Source: Syntrophobacterales bacterium
GTDB taxonomy: Bacteria > Desulfobacterota > Syntrophia > Syntrophales > UBA2210
DNA length: 58,855 bases
Reading direction: 5' to 3'
Assembly (NCBI GenBank): GCA_018433345.1
Contig: JAHDRK010000036.1
Span: 1-58,855, forward strand
Below, in pieces: positions 22,048 to 31,771 of the stretch. A model generated the notes under the pieces. The model made no database searches and was not told the DNA's origin. It saw only the letters and a list, made by a program, of their open reading frames with translations. Position numbers and translations under genes: made by a program. Each line of letters begins with the position of its first letter. The first letter of the stretch is position 1.

Positions 22048-23040
22048 TCAACCGGGAACAAATTCGGCGTCCCTGATTTCCTTGAGTTTCAAGGCCTCAA
22101 CGGGGCAGACAACGGTACAAACGCCGCAACCGAGACACTTTTCGGCATCGACGGCCGCAACGTCACCAGCCATGGACAGCGCGTCGAAGAAACAGCGCTC
22201 CAGGCACGCTTCACATCCGGTGCATAAATCATCATCGACGACGGCAAGGTAACGGCTCGGCGAGACCCACTTTTTCGGTCCTTCCATCACCGCCCAGTTG
22301 AGGCAGCAGTCGTTGCAGCAATTGCAGATTACGTGTCCAACCGATTTGCTATTGTCGACGCAATGGACGAGACCCTCCTCCTCGCACAGCTTGAGAATTT
22401 CAATGGCCTCTTCCTTTGTCAGTTGTCGTCCGGTTCCACGTTCTATATTGTACTCCGCCGCCCTGTCTACCTGCATGCAAACTTCCAGGGGTTTCCCGCA
22501 TGATCCGTCGATGACCCGGCACGAGCATTTAGTGACAGACAGAGTTTGAGCATCGTCGATTATTTTGGCGATGTCGTCGTAAGGCATGATCCTGGCTTCC
22601 GGTTCGATGTATTCATTAACCGGAACGACCCTCATGATGGACTTGGGCATCATGTCCATCACTTTCCCTCCGTATGCGGGCCATTCCGTTTTCATGTATT
22701 TCTTCCAAAGGTCAAGGACGGACCGCGAAATGCCGGGCGTAAGCACCGTGGAGTCATGCATCTGAGGTATGCTGCGCACACGGTAATACCTGGTTGAATC
22801 GGCTTTTTTCGACTTAAAGATCAAGCCCCGCATGAAGAGCGATTCCAGGGCCTCTTCGACCTCGCCTTTGGGGTAGCCCGATCTTTCCGCGATCTCTTCC
22901 GCGGTGCCGGGAGGCGCCGCGGCCAAAAGGATTTTCGCTTCGTCTTCATTGACGAGGGCCTGAAAAATTTGTTGAACGAGAGTCGATTCCCCGGCTCCTA
23001 TTGCCTCAGCCAGTTGTCGATAGAGATCCAGGTCAGACAT
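22048..23040 (-). CDS. uncharacterised 4Fe-4S binding protein with N-terminal HTH-like region
   Basis: CSCR, CNCCNDCC and two CxxCxxCxxxC motifs; ATG at 23040 with AGGAGA RBS. Confidence 0.8.
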   Translation of the reverse strand: MSDLDLYRQLAEAIGAGESTLVQQIFQALVNEDEAKILLAAAPPGTAEEIAERSGYPKGEVEEALESLFMRGLIFKSKKADSTRYYRVRSIPQMHDSTVLTPGISRSVLDLWKKYMKTEWPAYGGKVMDMMPKSIMRVVPVNEYIEPEARIMPYDDIAKIIDDAQTLSVTKCSCRVIDGSCGKPLEVCMQVDRAAEYNIERGTGRQLTKEEAIEILKLCEEEGLVHCVDNSKSVGHVICNCCNDCCLNWAVMEGPKKWVSPSRYLAVVDDDLCTGCEACLERCFFDALSMAGDVAAVDAEKCLGCGVCTVVCPVEALKLKEIRDAEFVPG

Positions 23041-23290
23041 CGTTTCTCTCCTTTCATTGTTTTTTTGAAGTATCGAAGAAAAAAAGCGGTATGTCAAATG
23101 CAAAGGAGCCCCGGCCGCTCAGCCCTTCAACATTATCGCGACGACGCTTGCGATGGTTGCGTTTTGCTGGTAATCCTAAAGTATATGGATGTTCGAGAGC
23201 TTGAGTTAAGACTTCCTTTTCGAGAGATGCGGCGTGTCAGTCCCGGTACAGTCCATAGGATTATAGAGGGGTGTAAGGAACCAGGCCGTC

Positions 23291-23641
23291 ATGCATGAAC
23301 TGCCGATTACCGAAAGAATTCTGAAAATCGTACTGAAACATGCCGAGAGGAATGCCGTGAGCAAGGTACTCACGATCCGCCTGGGTGTCGGTTCTTTGAG
23401 CGACCTGGAAGATGATTGGCTTCAGCATTATTTTAATTACCTCGGCAAAGGAACCGTTGCCGAGGGGGCAAGACTCGACATCGAGCGTCTTCCCGCACGC
23501 GCCCTGTGCGATGCCTGTTCGAAAACCTTTGACGTTCCAAAAGGCGGGATCAGGGGAATGAAATGTCCTGCCTGTGGAGGTGGGAACGCCACGCTCCTGT
23601 CGGGTCGCGAATACTTTATCAAAGAAATGGAGGTCCTCTGA
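23291..23641 (+). CDS. hypA: nickel metallochaperone HypA
   Basis: MHE N-terminus, two CxxC, SGRE. Confidence 0.94.
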   Translation: MHELPITERILKIVLKHAERNAVSKVLTIRLGVGSLSDLEDDWLQHYFNYLGKGTVAEGARLDIERLPARALCDACSKTFDVPKGGIRGMKCPACGGGNATLLSGREYFIKEMEVL

Positions 23642-24318
23642 TGGACGAAATACGACTCATCGAAGTAAAGGAAGATATTCTCGCGGACAACAACAGGCTT
23701 GCCGACGAACTGAGGACCCGCCTGAAGGAGAAAGGCACGCTGCTGATCAACATCATGTCTTCGCCCGGTTCGGGAAAGACGAGCCTGATATTGAAAACCA
23801 TCGACGCACTGGGTGAAGACATCAGGCTGGGCGTCATAGAGGCGGACATCGAGTCTAAAGTGGACGCGGAAAAGGTTTCGCTGCGGGGCGTCCCGGTCGT
23901 TCAGATACGCACGGGGGGGTTTTGTCACCTGGACGCGAACATGGTCAACCAGGGTCTCGAGGCCATGGAACAGCACACCGTTGACGTCCTCATGATCGAA
24001 AACGTGGGAAACTTGGTCTGTCCCGCGGAATTTGACACCGGGGCCCACAAGAACGTCATGATCCTGAGCGTCCCCGAGGGGGACGACAAGCCTCTCAAGT
24101 ATCCCCTCATGTTCAGTGTCTGCGATGTTCTTCTGATAAATAAGATCGATTACCTTGCCTTGGCTGATTTTGACGGTGAGGCGCTCCGCCGGCACGTTTT
24201 CGCCCTCAATCCCACCATAAAGATATTCGAGGTGTCCTGTAAGACAGGCGAAGGCATTCCTGATTGGGCCGCCTGGCTCAGGGAACAGCGGGAGGCCTTC
24301 GTGAAGGAATGGTCTTGA
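23641..24318 (+). CDS. hypB: nickel incorporation GTPase HypB
   Basis: SSPGSGKT, CHLDA, ENVGNLVCPA, EGDDKPLKYP, NKID; 1-nt overlap with hypA stop. Confidence 0.95.
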   Translation: MDEIRLIEVKEDILADNNRLADELRTRLKEKGTLLINIMSSPGSGKTSLILKTIDALGEDIRLGVIEADIESKVDAEKVSLRGVPVVQIRTGGFCHLDANMVNQGLEAMEQHTVDVLMIENVGNLVCPAEFDTGAHKNVMILSVPEGDDKPLKYPLMFSVCDVLLINKIDYLALADFDGEALRRHVFALNPTIKIFEVSCKTGEGIPDWAAWLREQREAFVKEWS

Positions 24319-24580
24319 GATATCGGTGGAATCCTTGTCTTTCTTCGACAAAATGGACTTTCCGCTTGGGCGTTTAGCGCAAGTTATATTTGCGGATATT
24401 CCAAGCTCTGAGTAAGGGAATTCCCGGCTGCCCGCAAGGGGAAATATCATTGACAAGCCCACTTAATGCATTTTATACAACCAATTGACAGATTTCTTAA
24501 ATCGGTCTTTTACTTGAAAGCATTGATGACAACATCTTGACTCGGATGATGACAGCGACAGGATGCCACGTCGATCAACA

Positions 24581-24598
24581 TTCGTAATAATTTACGAA
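24581..24598. promoter_or_regulatory. putative transcription-factor operator palindrome TTCGTAA-TAAT-TTACGAA
   Basis: Perfect 7-bp arms about 200 bp upstream of the flavoprotein locus; regulator unknown. Confidence 0.35.
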
Positions 24599-24804
24599 GC
24601 TTGATTCCATTTCGGTATGCTATCGCTTCGGTATGCTATCGCTCTGAAATCTCCGGGGAATTCCTGTTGTTCGATCATGAGCCGGGAAAAAGATGTAAAG
24701 GATGAGCACCTTGGGGTTTGCAATTTGTTTATTCATTTTGCTTGTTTTTTTGGCCGGCCGAAGCGTCCATTGGGGCTATGTGCCGGTACACGAGGAGGTG
24801 TGCA

Positions 24805-26316
24805 ATGAAAAGAGAAAAAACAGCAAAGAATGAAATGTTGACGAGAAGAAATTTTCTGAAGGCAACGGGAGGAGCGACCTTGGCCGGAGTCGCGGCGGGG
24901 ACGCTTCTTGCCGATTCCCGCAAGGCCTTCGGTGCCACCACGATGCCTGAAAAATGGGACAGGGAAGTGGACGTTGTAGTAGTCGGTGCGGGCGGCGCCG
25001 GTTTCGCCGCGGCGATCGAGGCGGCCGAGAAAGGTGCCGAGGTTGAGCTCCTCGAGAAAACACCAGTCATCGGCGGGAGCAGTATTATTTGCGGCGGCGC
25101 CCTCTGTTTCGCGGGAACCGATATGCAGAAAGCGGAGGGGATCAAGGATTCCAATGAGTTGCTCTATGAAGACCTCATGAAGGTGGGGGAAAACAAGAAT
25201 ATCCCCGCACTTGTCAAGACATATGTCGATCATCAGTTGGAGACTTACGAGTGGTTGAAAAAACTGGGCGTTAATTTTTTCAAGTTGGGGATTGCAAGTG
25301 GCATGAGCGTTCCACGCGGACACTACGTGAAACCCGGTGATGTTCTGAAGATCCTCAATGACAAGGCAAAAGCAGGCGGAGTCAAGCTGGTTACCAGGAC
25401 GCCCGCTCGGAGGCTTGTCATGGATGAAAAGAACGGAAAAATCAGGGGAGTTATCGCCGAGAGCAGGGGTAAAGAAGTCAGCTATGGTGCGAAAAGGGGT
25501 GTTGTCCTGGCCTCGGGAGGGTTTTCCCTGAACAAGGATCTCCTGGAAAAATTCGTTCCACCTATGGCCAACGCGAAGGTAATCAACGGACTGGGAAACG
25601 AGGGTGACGGTCTGAAGATGGCATGGGCGTATGGCTCCGATATTCAGGATATGCCTTATATCAAGGCCACCTTTGGATTCACGCTCGATCCGAAAACCAT
25701 CGCCGAGGACTTCGCATTGATCTTCTACCAAGGGGCGATTATCGTGAACAAGGAGGGGAAACGGTTTGTCGACGAGTCAAAATCGTACAAGCTCGTTGGT
25801 GATGCGGCCCTTGTGCAGCCCGGCGCCATGGGGTTTCAGATATTTGACTCGATGATCAGAGAAAAAGGGATGTCCGATCCATTGGGGCGGACCGCCGGGT
25901 TGGAAGAGCGTGGTCTCATTTATTCCGCACCTACGTTGAAGGAACTTGCCGAGAAGATAGGTGTCCCCTCCGATACCCTTGAAGAAACGGTCAAGACCTA
26001 CAATGTCGACGTGGAAAAGGGCATGGATTCACAATTCGGAAGGAAGGCACTTGTTGCGAGCTTCGGCAAGCCCGTGAAGATAGAAAAACCGCCCTTCTAT
26101 GCCTTTCCATCGACCGCGGCTATCCTTGGTACCTACGGTGGTATTTTGATCAACGAGAAAACCCAGGTGATCGATGTGTTCGGTGACGTGATTCCGGGTT
26201 TGTACGCGGCTGGAGAAATTATCGGGGGAGTGCACGGTGCCGCCTACATGACGGGAACCGCCTTCGGCAAGGCACTTATATTCGGCAAGCTGGCCGGAAG
26301 CGAGATCCTTCGATAG
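24805..26316 (+). CDS. Tat-exported flavocytochrome c-type FAD oxidoreductase (FAD_binding_2), not a fumarate reductase
   Basis: TRRNFLK Tat motif; VGAGGAG FAD motif; GLYAAGE; fumarate-reductase HPT, HHTMGG and HGANR residues replaced; GAGGAGG RBS before ATG 24805. Confidence 0.88.
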   Translation: MKREKTAKNEMLTRRNFLKATGGATLAGVAAGTLLADSRKAFGATTMPEKWDREVDVVVVGAGGAGFAAAIEAAEKGAEVELLEKTPVIGGSSIICGGALCFAGTDMQKAEGIKDSNELLYEDLMKVGENKNIPALVKTYVDHQLETYEWLKKLGVNFFKLGIASGMSVPRGHYVKPGDVLKILNDKAKAGGVKLVTRTPARRLVMDEKNGKIRGVIAESRGKEVSYGAKRGVVLASGGFSLNKDLLEKFVPPMANAKVINGLGNEGDGLKMAWAYGSDIQDMPYIKATFGFTLDPKTIAEDFALIFYQGAIIVNKEGKRFVDESKSYKLVGDAALVQPGAMGFQIFDSMIREKGMSDPLGRTAGLEERGLIYSAPTLKELAEKIGVPSDTLEETVKTYNVDVEKGMDSQFGRKALVASFGKPVKIEKPPFYAFPSTAAILGTYGGILINEKTQVIDVFGDVIPGLYAAGEIIGGVHGAAYMTGTAFGKALIFGKLAGSEILR

Positions 26317-26455
26317 GATAAAAAAACAGGATTTGTTATATGTAAAGACAGATGATTATTAAGCGTCATCACTTCCGACGGAAGTTTCCGGCTCAATTTA
26401 AGCTAATTTTTAGGTGATCTTGAAAGATGACACCCTTGAGTGGAGGAGATGCGGT

Positions 26456-26610
26456 ATGATTAAAGAAAAGAACCACCGGAAATGAACTGACAAGAAGAAG
26501 TTTCCCCAAGGCAGCGGGAGGCAAGGCGCCGACCGGGGATCACGGCGGCCCATTGCCGGCCGGACCGCAAGAGGCCTTCGCCGCCGACATGCCGGATAAA
26601 TGTGATTTCG
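26456..26610 (+). pseudogene. decayed 5' fragment (RBS, Tat leader, start of mature domain) of a paralog of 24805..26316
   Basis: Frameshifted translation NELTRRSFPKAAGG...EAFAADMPDKCD aligns with NEMLTRRNFLKATGG...KAFGATTMPEKWD. Confidence 0.7.
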
Positions 26611-26716
26611 CCTTTCTCCGGGTGGCGGGATGTGAACGTAGGCTGGGTGTTTGCGAATTTATTGATAGTTTTTAAAGCAAAATAAGCCGTATTTTAAATG
26701 ATGAGTACTATGAACA

Positions 26717-26839
26717 ATGACAAGGCTCTGAAGGGGTCGGAAACTTGTGAGGCGAGGTTTTCTAAAGGCGACGGATGGGGCCGCGGTGACCAGTGTGGCA
26801 TCAGGAGCGTTGCTCGCAGTCAGAATGGAACTTGAGTAA
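26717..26839 (+). pseudogene. second decayed Tat-leader fragment
   Basis: MTRL*RGRKLVRRGFLKATDGAAVTSVASGALLA aligns with LTRRNFLKATGGATLAGVAAGTLLA. Confidence 0.65.
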
Positions 26840-26953
26840 AATAGGAACTCTAGATAGCGATGGGGAGGGTTACATCTTCCCGCCGCCTCTCTAACATCAC
26901 GGTATCGCTTAATATCTACACCGGTTCGTGCCGGTTTACCCGTGGAGGCGCCT

Positions 26954-29353
26954 ATGAAAGACAATCGGATACATATGAGAAGATGGAGGGTGGCACGGAG
27001 TTGTTTCGTCATCCTTGCGGTGATTATTTCTTTAGCGTTCTTTCATGTCGAAGCCGGTGTAAAGGATTCATCCTGGGCAGCGGAACCCGAGCGTCTGATG
27101 ACAGTGCGGGGCGGAGACTGTGCAGCCTGTCACGGGAGCGACGATAAGCTGTCCGAGGGGCACCTGGATACGAAAGGGATGAGTCTAAAGCAGTGCCTTG
27201 CATGTCACGGGAAAGACGATCCGGCACTAACCAACACGCTGCCCTTGAGCCATACGCATCTGCTCAGCGGAGTCACCTGCAAGGCCTGTCACGGAGATGC
27301 GGATCCGCCCGAGTTCGTTGGCATCGACAAGTGCGTCACTTGTCATGATCTCGGTGAATTGGTGAATGCCACGGCTGGACACAGTGAGGCCAATCCCCAT
27401 GATTCTCATTACGGTCCCGAGTTGGATTGCGATCTGTGTCACCATGTTCATTCAGAGTCCGAGAATTTTTGCAATCAATGTCACGATTTTAGTTATGTCG
27501 TACCTTCACCGATCTTGAAACCAGGCAAGGCGTCCGTCGGGGTTGAACCAGCCGAACAAACCGAGGAAAAAAAAAGTGAAACGGTAACGGAAAATGCAAA
27601 GCAGGAACAAAATTGCCTGTCCTGTCATGGGAAGCCCGAATACGGCGAAAAGTTTGCGCAGTCGGCTCACGGGGTTCTGGCCTGCTCAACCTGTCACAGG
27701 GGCATCGATGACATAACTGCCCACATGAAAAAGGAGGAGAAACCTGCGCTTACGGACTGTGCGGGCTGTCACCGCGAGATCGCCGGGCTGTACGAGAATG
27801 ACGTGCATTTTCTGCGGGGCGGGATGTCCTGTGTCGACTGCCACGGTGATATCCATGTCCGCGTTAAGGATGAAGGCGTCTCAAAAAGAGCGGTCATAAA
27901 GCGATGTACAACCTGTCATGACGAGGAGACCTACTCTTTCCTGGGGCATGGGAACGCCGTTTTGGGTGGAAACGAAGACGCGGCGGCCTGTTCTGACTGT
28001 CACGGACTCCATGGCATACCGGCGTATGACGATACAGAGGGGGCGCAGAGATGGAAGCGCGAGGCATACACGATTGCCTGTATATCGTGCCACGACGATT
28101 CGGAATTGGTTGAACGGAACGACCTCAATCCCTTTGTAACGGCAGGATATTTAAACACCTACCACGGCAAGGTATTCAATCTCGGTTTCCCGGAGCAGGT
28201 GGCCGGGTGCCCCGATTGCCATAAAAGCCACAACATCCTACCCCAAGACGACCCGCGATCGGCAATCCATCCGAACAACCTGGAAAAAAGTTGCGCCCGG
28301 TGTCACAAGGGATTTCATCAGCGATTCTTGTCGTTTTATGCCCATCCCGATCCCGACGATCGGTCGAACTATCCGATTCTATACTGGGCTAATGTCTTCA
28401 TGATCGTCCTCTTGGCCTCGGTTTTCATTTTTTTCTGGACGCATATAGCTCTGTGGTGGAGAAAGGCCTACTGGGAAAAATGGCGGCAAAGGACGTCAGT
28501 CGAAAGAGAGACCTCCTCCGAAGAAGACGTGGTGTACGTCAGGCGTTTTTCGTGGCGTGATCGGATAATGCATCTGCTGCTGATCTTTTCCTTTTTCATG
28601 CTTGTCATGACAGGGTTCCCGCTCAAGTACCACGATGCTCCATGGGCGGTTGTTTTGCTCGGTCTTTGGGGTGGTCCGGAAGCGGCCGGATTTCTTCACA
28701 GGTTTGCTGCTGCCGTACTGTGGGGGCTCTTCCTTTATACATGCTGGCTGAGTCTGCGCTTTCTCTTCCCCGGCGGCCGGGTAAAGGGTTGGACGGGCAG
28801 ACTGTTTGGGCCGGAATCGCTGTTTTTCAATTTGAAGGACTGGGAAGATCTCAAGGGGATGTTTCGATGGTTCTTTGGGAAAGGGGAGATGCCGCGCTTC
28901 GAACGATGGACCTACTGGGAAAAATTCGATTTCTTTGCTGTCTTTTGGGGAATGTTCGTGATCGGTCTCTCCGGGTTGATCCTGTGGTTTCCCGAAAAAT
29001 CATCCTATATCTTGCCTGGTTGGATGATAAACATGGCGGTGGTGCTCCATTCTGAAGAGGCGTTTTTGGCGGCGATCTTTATTTTCACCGTTCACTTTTT
29101 CAACAATCATCTTGTGCCCAACAAGTTTCCCCTTGAACCGAACATTTTCACGGGGCGGTACAGCATATCGGCACTGAAAAAGGAGCGTCCCGAGGAGTAC
29201 GAGAGAATAATAGCCGAGAATCGCCTGGAGGAACTCAAGACCGAGCCGCCGGGCCCGCTCTGCCGTTTTGCATCGGCTGTTATCGGGATCGCATCGGTTT
29301 TGCTTGGTTTGTTGCTGACCGTTCTGATTTTCTGGGCGGCTCTTTGCTGGTAA
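26954..29353 (+). CDS. 15-heme cytochrome c fused to an FdnI/HydC-type cytochrome b (CbcL-like quinol oxidoreductase with extra N-terminal hemes)
   Basis: 15 CxxCH motifs (6 + linker + 9); C-terminal TM domain with RIMH, LHR, YWEKFDFFAVFWG, HSEEA.LA...IF.VHFFN.H; GGAGG RBS. Confidence 0.85.
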   Translation: MKDNRIHMRRWRVARSCFVILAVIISLAFFHVEAGVKDSSWAAEPERLMTVRGGDCAACHGSDDKLSEGHLDTKGMSLKQCLACHGKDDPALTNTLPLSHTHLLSGVTCKACHGDADPPEFVGIDKCVTCHDLGELVNATAGHSEANPHDSHYGPELDCDLCHHVHSESENFCNQCHDFSYVVPSPILKPGKASVGVEPAEQTEEKKSETVTENAKQEQNCLSCHGKPEYGEKFAQSAHGVLACSTCHRGIDDITAHMKKEEKPALTDCAGCHREIAGLYENDVHFLRGGMSCVDCHGDIHVRVKDEGVSKRAVIKRCTTCHDEETYSFLGHGNAVLGGNEDAAACSDCHGLHGIPAYDDTEGAQRWKREAYTIACISCHDDSELVERNDLNPFVTAGYLNTYHGKVFNLGFPEQVAGCPDCHKSHNILPQDDPRSAIHPNNLEKSCARCHKGFHQRFLSFYAHPDPDDRSNYPILYWANVFMIVLLASVFIFFWTHIALWWRKAYWEKWRQRTSVERETSSEEDVVYVRRFSWRDRIMHLLLIFSFFMLVMTGFPLKYHDAPWAVVLLGLWGGPEAAGFLHRFAAAVLWGLFLYTCWLSLRFLFPGGRVKGWTGRLFGPESLFFNLKDWEDLKGMFRWFFGKGEMPRFERWTYWEKFDFFAVFWGMFVIGLSGLILWFPEKSSYILPGWMINMAVVLHSEEAFLAAIFIFTVHFFNNHLVPNKFPLEPNIFTGRYSISALKKERPEEYERIIAENRLEELKTEPPGPLCRFASAVIGIASVLLGLLLTVLIFWAALCW

Positions 29354-29403
29354 TTGAGAAATAAACACCGTCAAGAAAAGGCATGAACAAGTTACTGGTT
29401 GAG

Positions 29404-29439
29404 ACTGAGGCAGGGAGAGTGTTCTTCCCCTGCCTCAGT
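29404..29439 (+). terminator. stem-loop after the cytochrome gene
   Basis: ACTGAGGCAGGG...CCCTGCCTCAGT 12-bp stem with only a short T tail. Confidence 0.55.
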
Positions 29440-29575
29440 TTGTCATGACAGGCGAAGAAACTTGGTTTTTTTGACCAACAGGCCCCGGTCTTGAGAATCC
29501 CGCCTGCCGTCTTTCCCTGAGATTGAAAATGTTACACGAGAATTTTTTTACAACAAAGAGCTGACACACTTCATC

Positions 29576-30898
29576 ATGAAGAAAATTTTAAAAGCCCTGG
29601 CCTCGGTAAAACTGACGCTTTTTCTTTTTCTGGCGCTGGTTGTGATCTGCGTTCTCGGGACCCTGGTACCCCAGGGACTTCCCGTGGAACATTACAGGGA
29701 AGCGTACGGTCCGGGCATGGCATCTTTCATCGAATTTTTTCATATCTACGACCTGTACCGTTCATGGTGGTTCACCGTCCTTCTTTTTTTCTTCGCCGTC
29801 AACATCGCGGCCTGTGCGGCAAGATGGGCGCCCGGCATTCTCAAGCGTGCCTTTTCACAGGACAAAATAGGAGACGGCGGGGTATTTGAAAACGCTCCCG
29901 TAAAGAGGAGCTTTAAGGGTTTCAACGAAGTAGAGCATGATGTGGAGCAGGCCCGTTCGCTAATTCAATCTGTCGTAGGCAAACCGAAGGTAATGAGCCG
30001 GGATGGAAAAACTTACCTGTTCGCTGAAAAAGGGCGCTATGCGCGGGTTGGAGTGGTCGCCGTCCATGTCAGCATTCTCGTGATTCTCGGTGGAGGATTG
30101 GTTGGTTCAATTTGGGGGTTCAGCGGACAGATGAAGATCGTCGAGGGATCGTGGTCAAACAGGATAGAACTTTCGGGCGGGGGGACCAAGACCCTTCCCT
30201 TCGCCTTGGCCTGCGACGAGTTTTCCCTTTCTTTTTATGAAAACGGCATGCCCCGCGAATATCGGTCTGAAGTGGCGATCCTCGAAAATGGAGAGAGGGT
30301 TCTCTCCGCAACTATCAGGGTAAACGAGCCTTTGAAGTATGGGGGCTTGAAGTTCTGCCAGGCGACCTACGGGATAGCCGAGGCGACTGGTTTTGTGATA
30401 GCTGTCGCGGACGAGGGCGATGGAGATGAGAACTTCCTGGTCCTGGAGCTGATGAAAAAGGTTCCCTTGCCGGGCAACGAGGTCTCGGTTGCGGCGGCCC
30501 GGTTCGCTCCCGATTTACAGGGGAGGGGCCCTGCCTTGATGGCTGTACTGATCCGCCCTGGGATGCCCCATGACATATTTTGGATTATACAAGGCGAACC
30601 GATCAGTCACGGCGGATACATCTTCGATTTCAAGGATTTCGAGGTTCGATTCTATACAGGCATACAGGTGAGCGGTGATCCCGGTGTTCCACTGGTCTGG
30701 ACAGGGTTTTTCATGATTCTGGCAGGTTTCACCGTTTGTCTGTCGGGTCCCCATCGGCGGGTCTGGGTGCGGATTACTCCGTCGGAAGAGGGTGGAAACA
30801 TCTTGATTGCCGCCGATCCCGGCAGGAACAGAAAAGGATTCGAGGAACGCCTCGACGAAGCGTGTCGGGTGGCCTTTGCCGAGGGACTTCATGGATGA
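29576..30898 (+). CDS. resB: cytochrome c biogenesis protein ResB/CcsB (System II)
   Basis: LASVKL, GTLVPQG, DLYRSWWF, conserved His in VHVSIL, VNEPL.YGG, DPG.PLVW.G. Confidence 0.9.
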   Translation: MKKILKALASVKLTLFLFLALVVICVLGTLVPQGLPVEHYREAYGPGMASFIEFFHIYDLYRSWWFTVLLFFFAVNIAACAARWAPGILKRAFSQDKIGDGGVFENAPVKRSFKGFNEVEHDVEQARSLIQSVVGKPKVMSRDGKTYLFAEKGRYARVGVVAVHVSILVILGGGLVGSIWGFSGQMKIVEGSWSNRIELSGGGTKTLPFALACDEFSLSFYENGMPREYRSEVAILENGERVLSATIRVNEPLKYGGLKFCQATYGIAEATGFVIAVADEGDGDENFLVLELMKKVPLPGNEVSVAAARFAPDLQGRGPALMAVLIRPGMPHDIFWIIQGEPISHGGYIFDFKDFEVRFYTGIQVSGDPGVPLVWTGFFMILAGFTVCLSGPHRRVWVRITPSEEGGNILIAADPGRNRKGFEERLDEACRVAFAEGLHG

Positions 30899-31718
30899 TA
30901 CCTATCTTATCAGCATAACGACATTTGTATATTTCGCCGCCGCGCTTATTTATACTGTCTCCACCGTGTTCGGACGTCGGCGGGTGGAACGGTTTGCAAC
31001 TGTTGTAGCGGCGGCCGGATTCATTATCCATACCGGGGCAATAATCACACGGTGGGCCCTGTCACACCGCATGGGAATCGGACACGTTCCATTGGCGAAC
31101 TTTTACGAGTCGCTGGTCTTTTTCTCGTGGTCCCTCGCCGTGGTGCTCCTATGTGTACAAGTAAGGTACAAAAACGGGGTTATAGGCGCCGTTATCTCTC
31201 TTTTTGCCTTTATTCCCCTGGCCTATGCCTCCCTCTCAGGGGCGGTGGACACGCGCATACAACCGTTGATCCCGGCACTGCAAAGCAACTGGCTTATAAG
31301 TCACGTGATCAGTGCCTTTCTTGCCTACGCCTGCTTTGCAGCTTCCTTTGCCGCCGCCGTGCTCTATCTCTTTGCAAGTAAGCCGCGAGGCCGCATTGCC
31401 GCATACCTTCCTCCCCCGAAGTTCTTTGACGAACTTGCCTACAGGTTCGTATCCATTGGTTTTCCACTCCTGACATTGGGAATTATAACAGGTGCCGTAT
31501 GGGCCGATGCGGCCTGGGGCAGGTACTGGGGGTGGGATCCCAAGGAAACGTGGTCGCTCATAACATGGATGATCTACGGCGCCTACATCCACGCCGGCCT
31601 GGTGAGGGGCTGGAGGGGAAAGCCGATGGCCCTCATCTCGATCGCAGGTTTTGTGGCGGTTATCTTCACTTATCTGGGGGTGAACTACGTACTCTCGGGA
31701 CTTCACAGTTATATTTAA
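30891..31718 (+). CDS. ccsA: cytochrome c biogenesis heme lyase CcsA/ResC
   Basis: H.PL.N.YESL, PALQSNWL..HV, WWD motif WGRYWGWDPKETW, GLHSY. Confidence 0.93.
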   Translation: MDDTYLISITTFVYFAAALIYTVSTVFGRRRVERFATVVAAAGFIIHTGAIITRWALSHRMGIGHVPLANFYESLVFFSWSLAVVLLCVQVRYKNGVIGAVISLFAFIPLAYASLSGAVDTRIQPLIPALQSNWLISHVISAFLAYACFAASFAAAVLYLFASKPRGRIAAYLPPPKFFDELAYRFVSIGFPLLTLGIITGAVWADAAWGRYWGWDPKETWSLITWMIYGAYIHAGLVRGWRGKPMALISIAGFVAVIFTYLGVNYVLSGLHSYI

Positions 31719-31771
31719 TTTAACCGAGGACTTTTTAGAGTCTGCAAATCAAAGAGTTAGGAGGTTCAACC

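Noticed and set aside
24412-24445. Cobalamin riboswitch-like AAGGGAA...CTGCCCGCAA
   Set aside because: Lacks the GGTG..AA.TCC and ACTG core and the B12 box
24581-24642. Rex box or sigma54 promoter
   Set aside because: Palindrome spacing is 2 bp shorter than Rex boxes; the GG-GC spacing is 9, not 10
24805-26316. Fumarate reductase (fccA/frdA) annotation
   Set aside because: The catalytic His/Arg motifs are substituted
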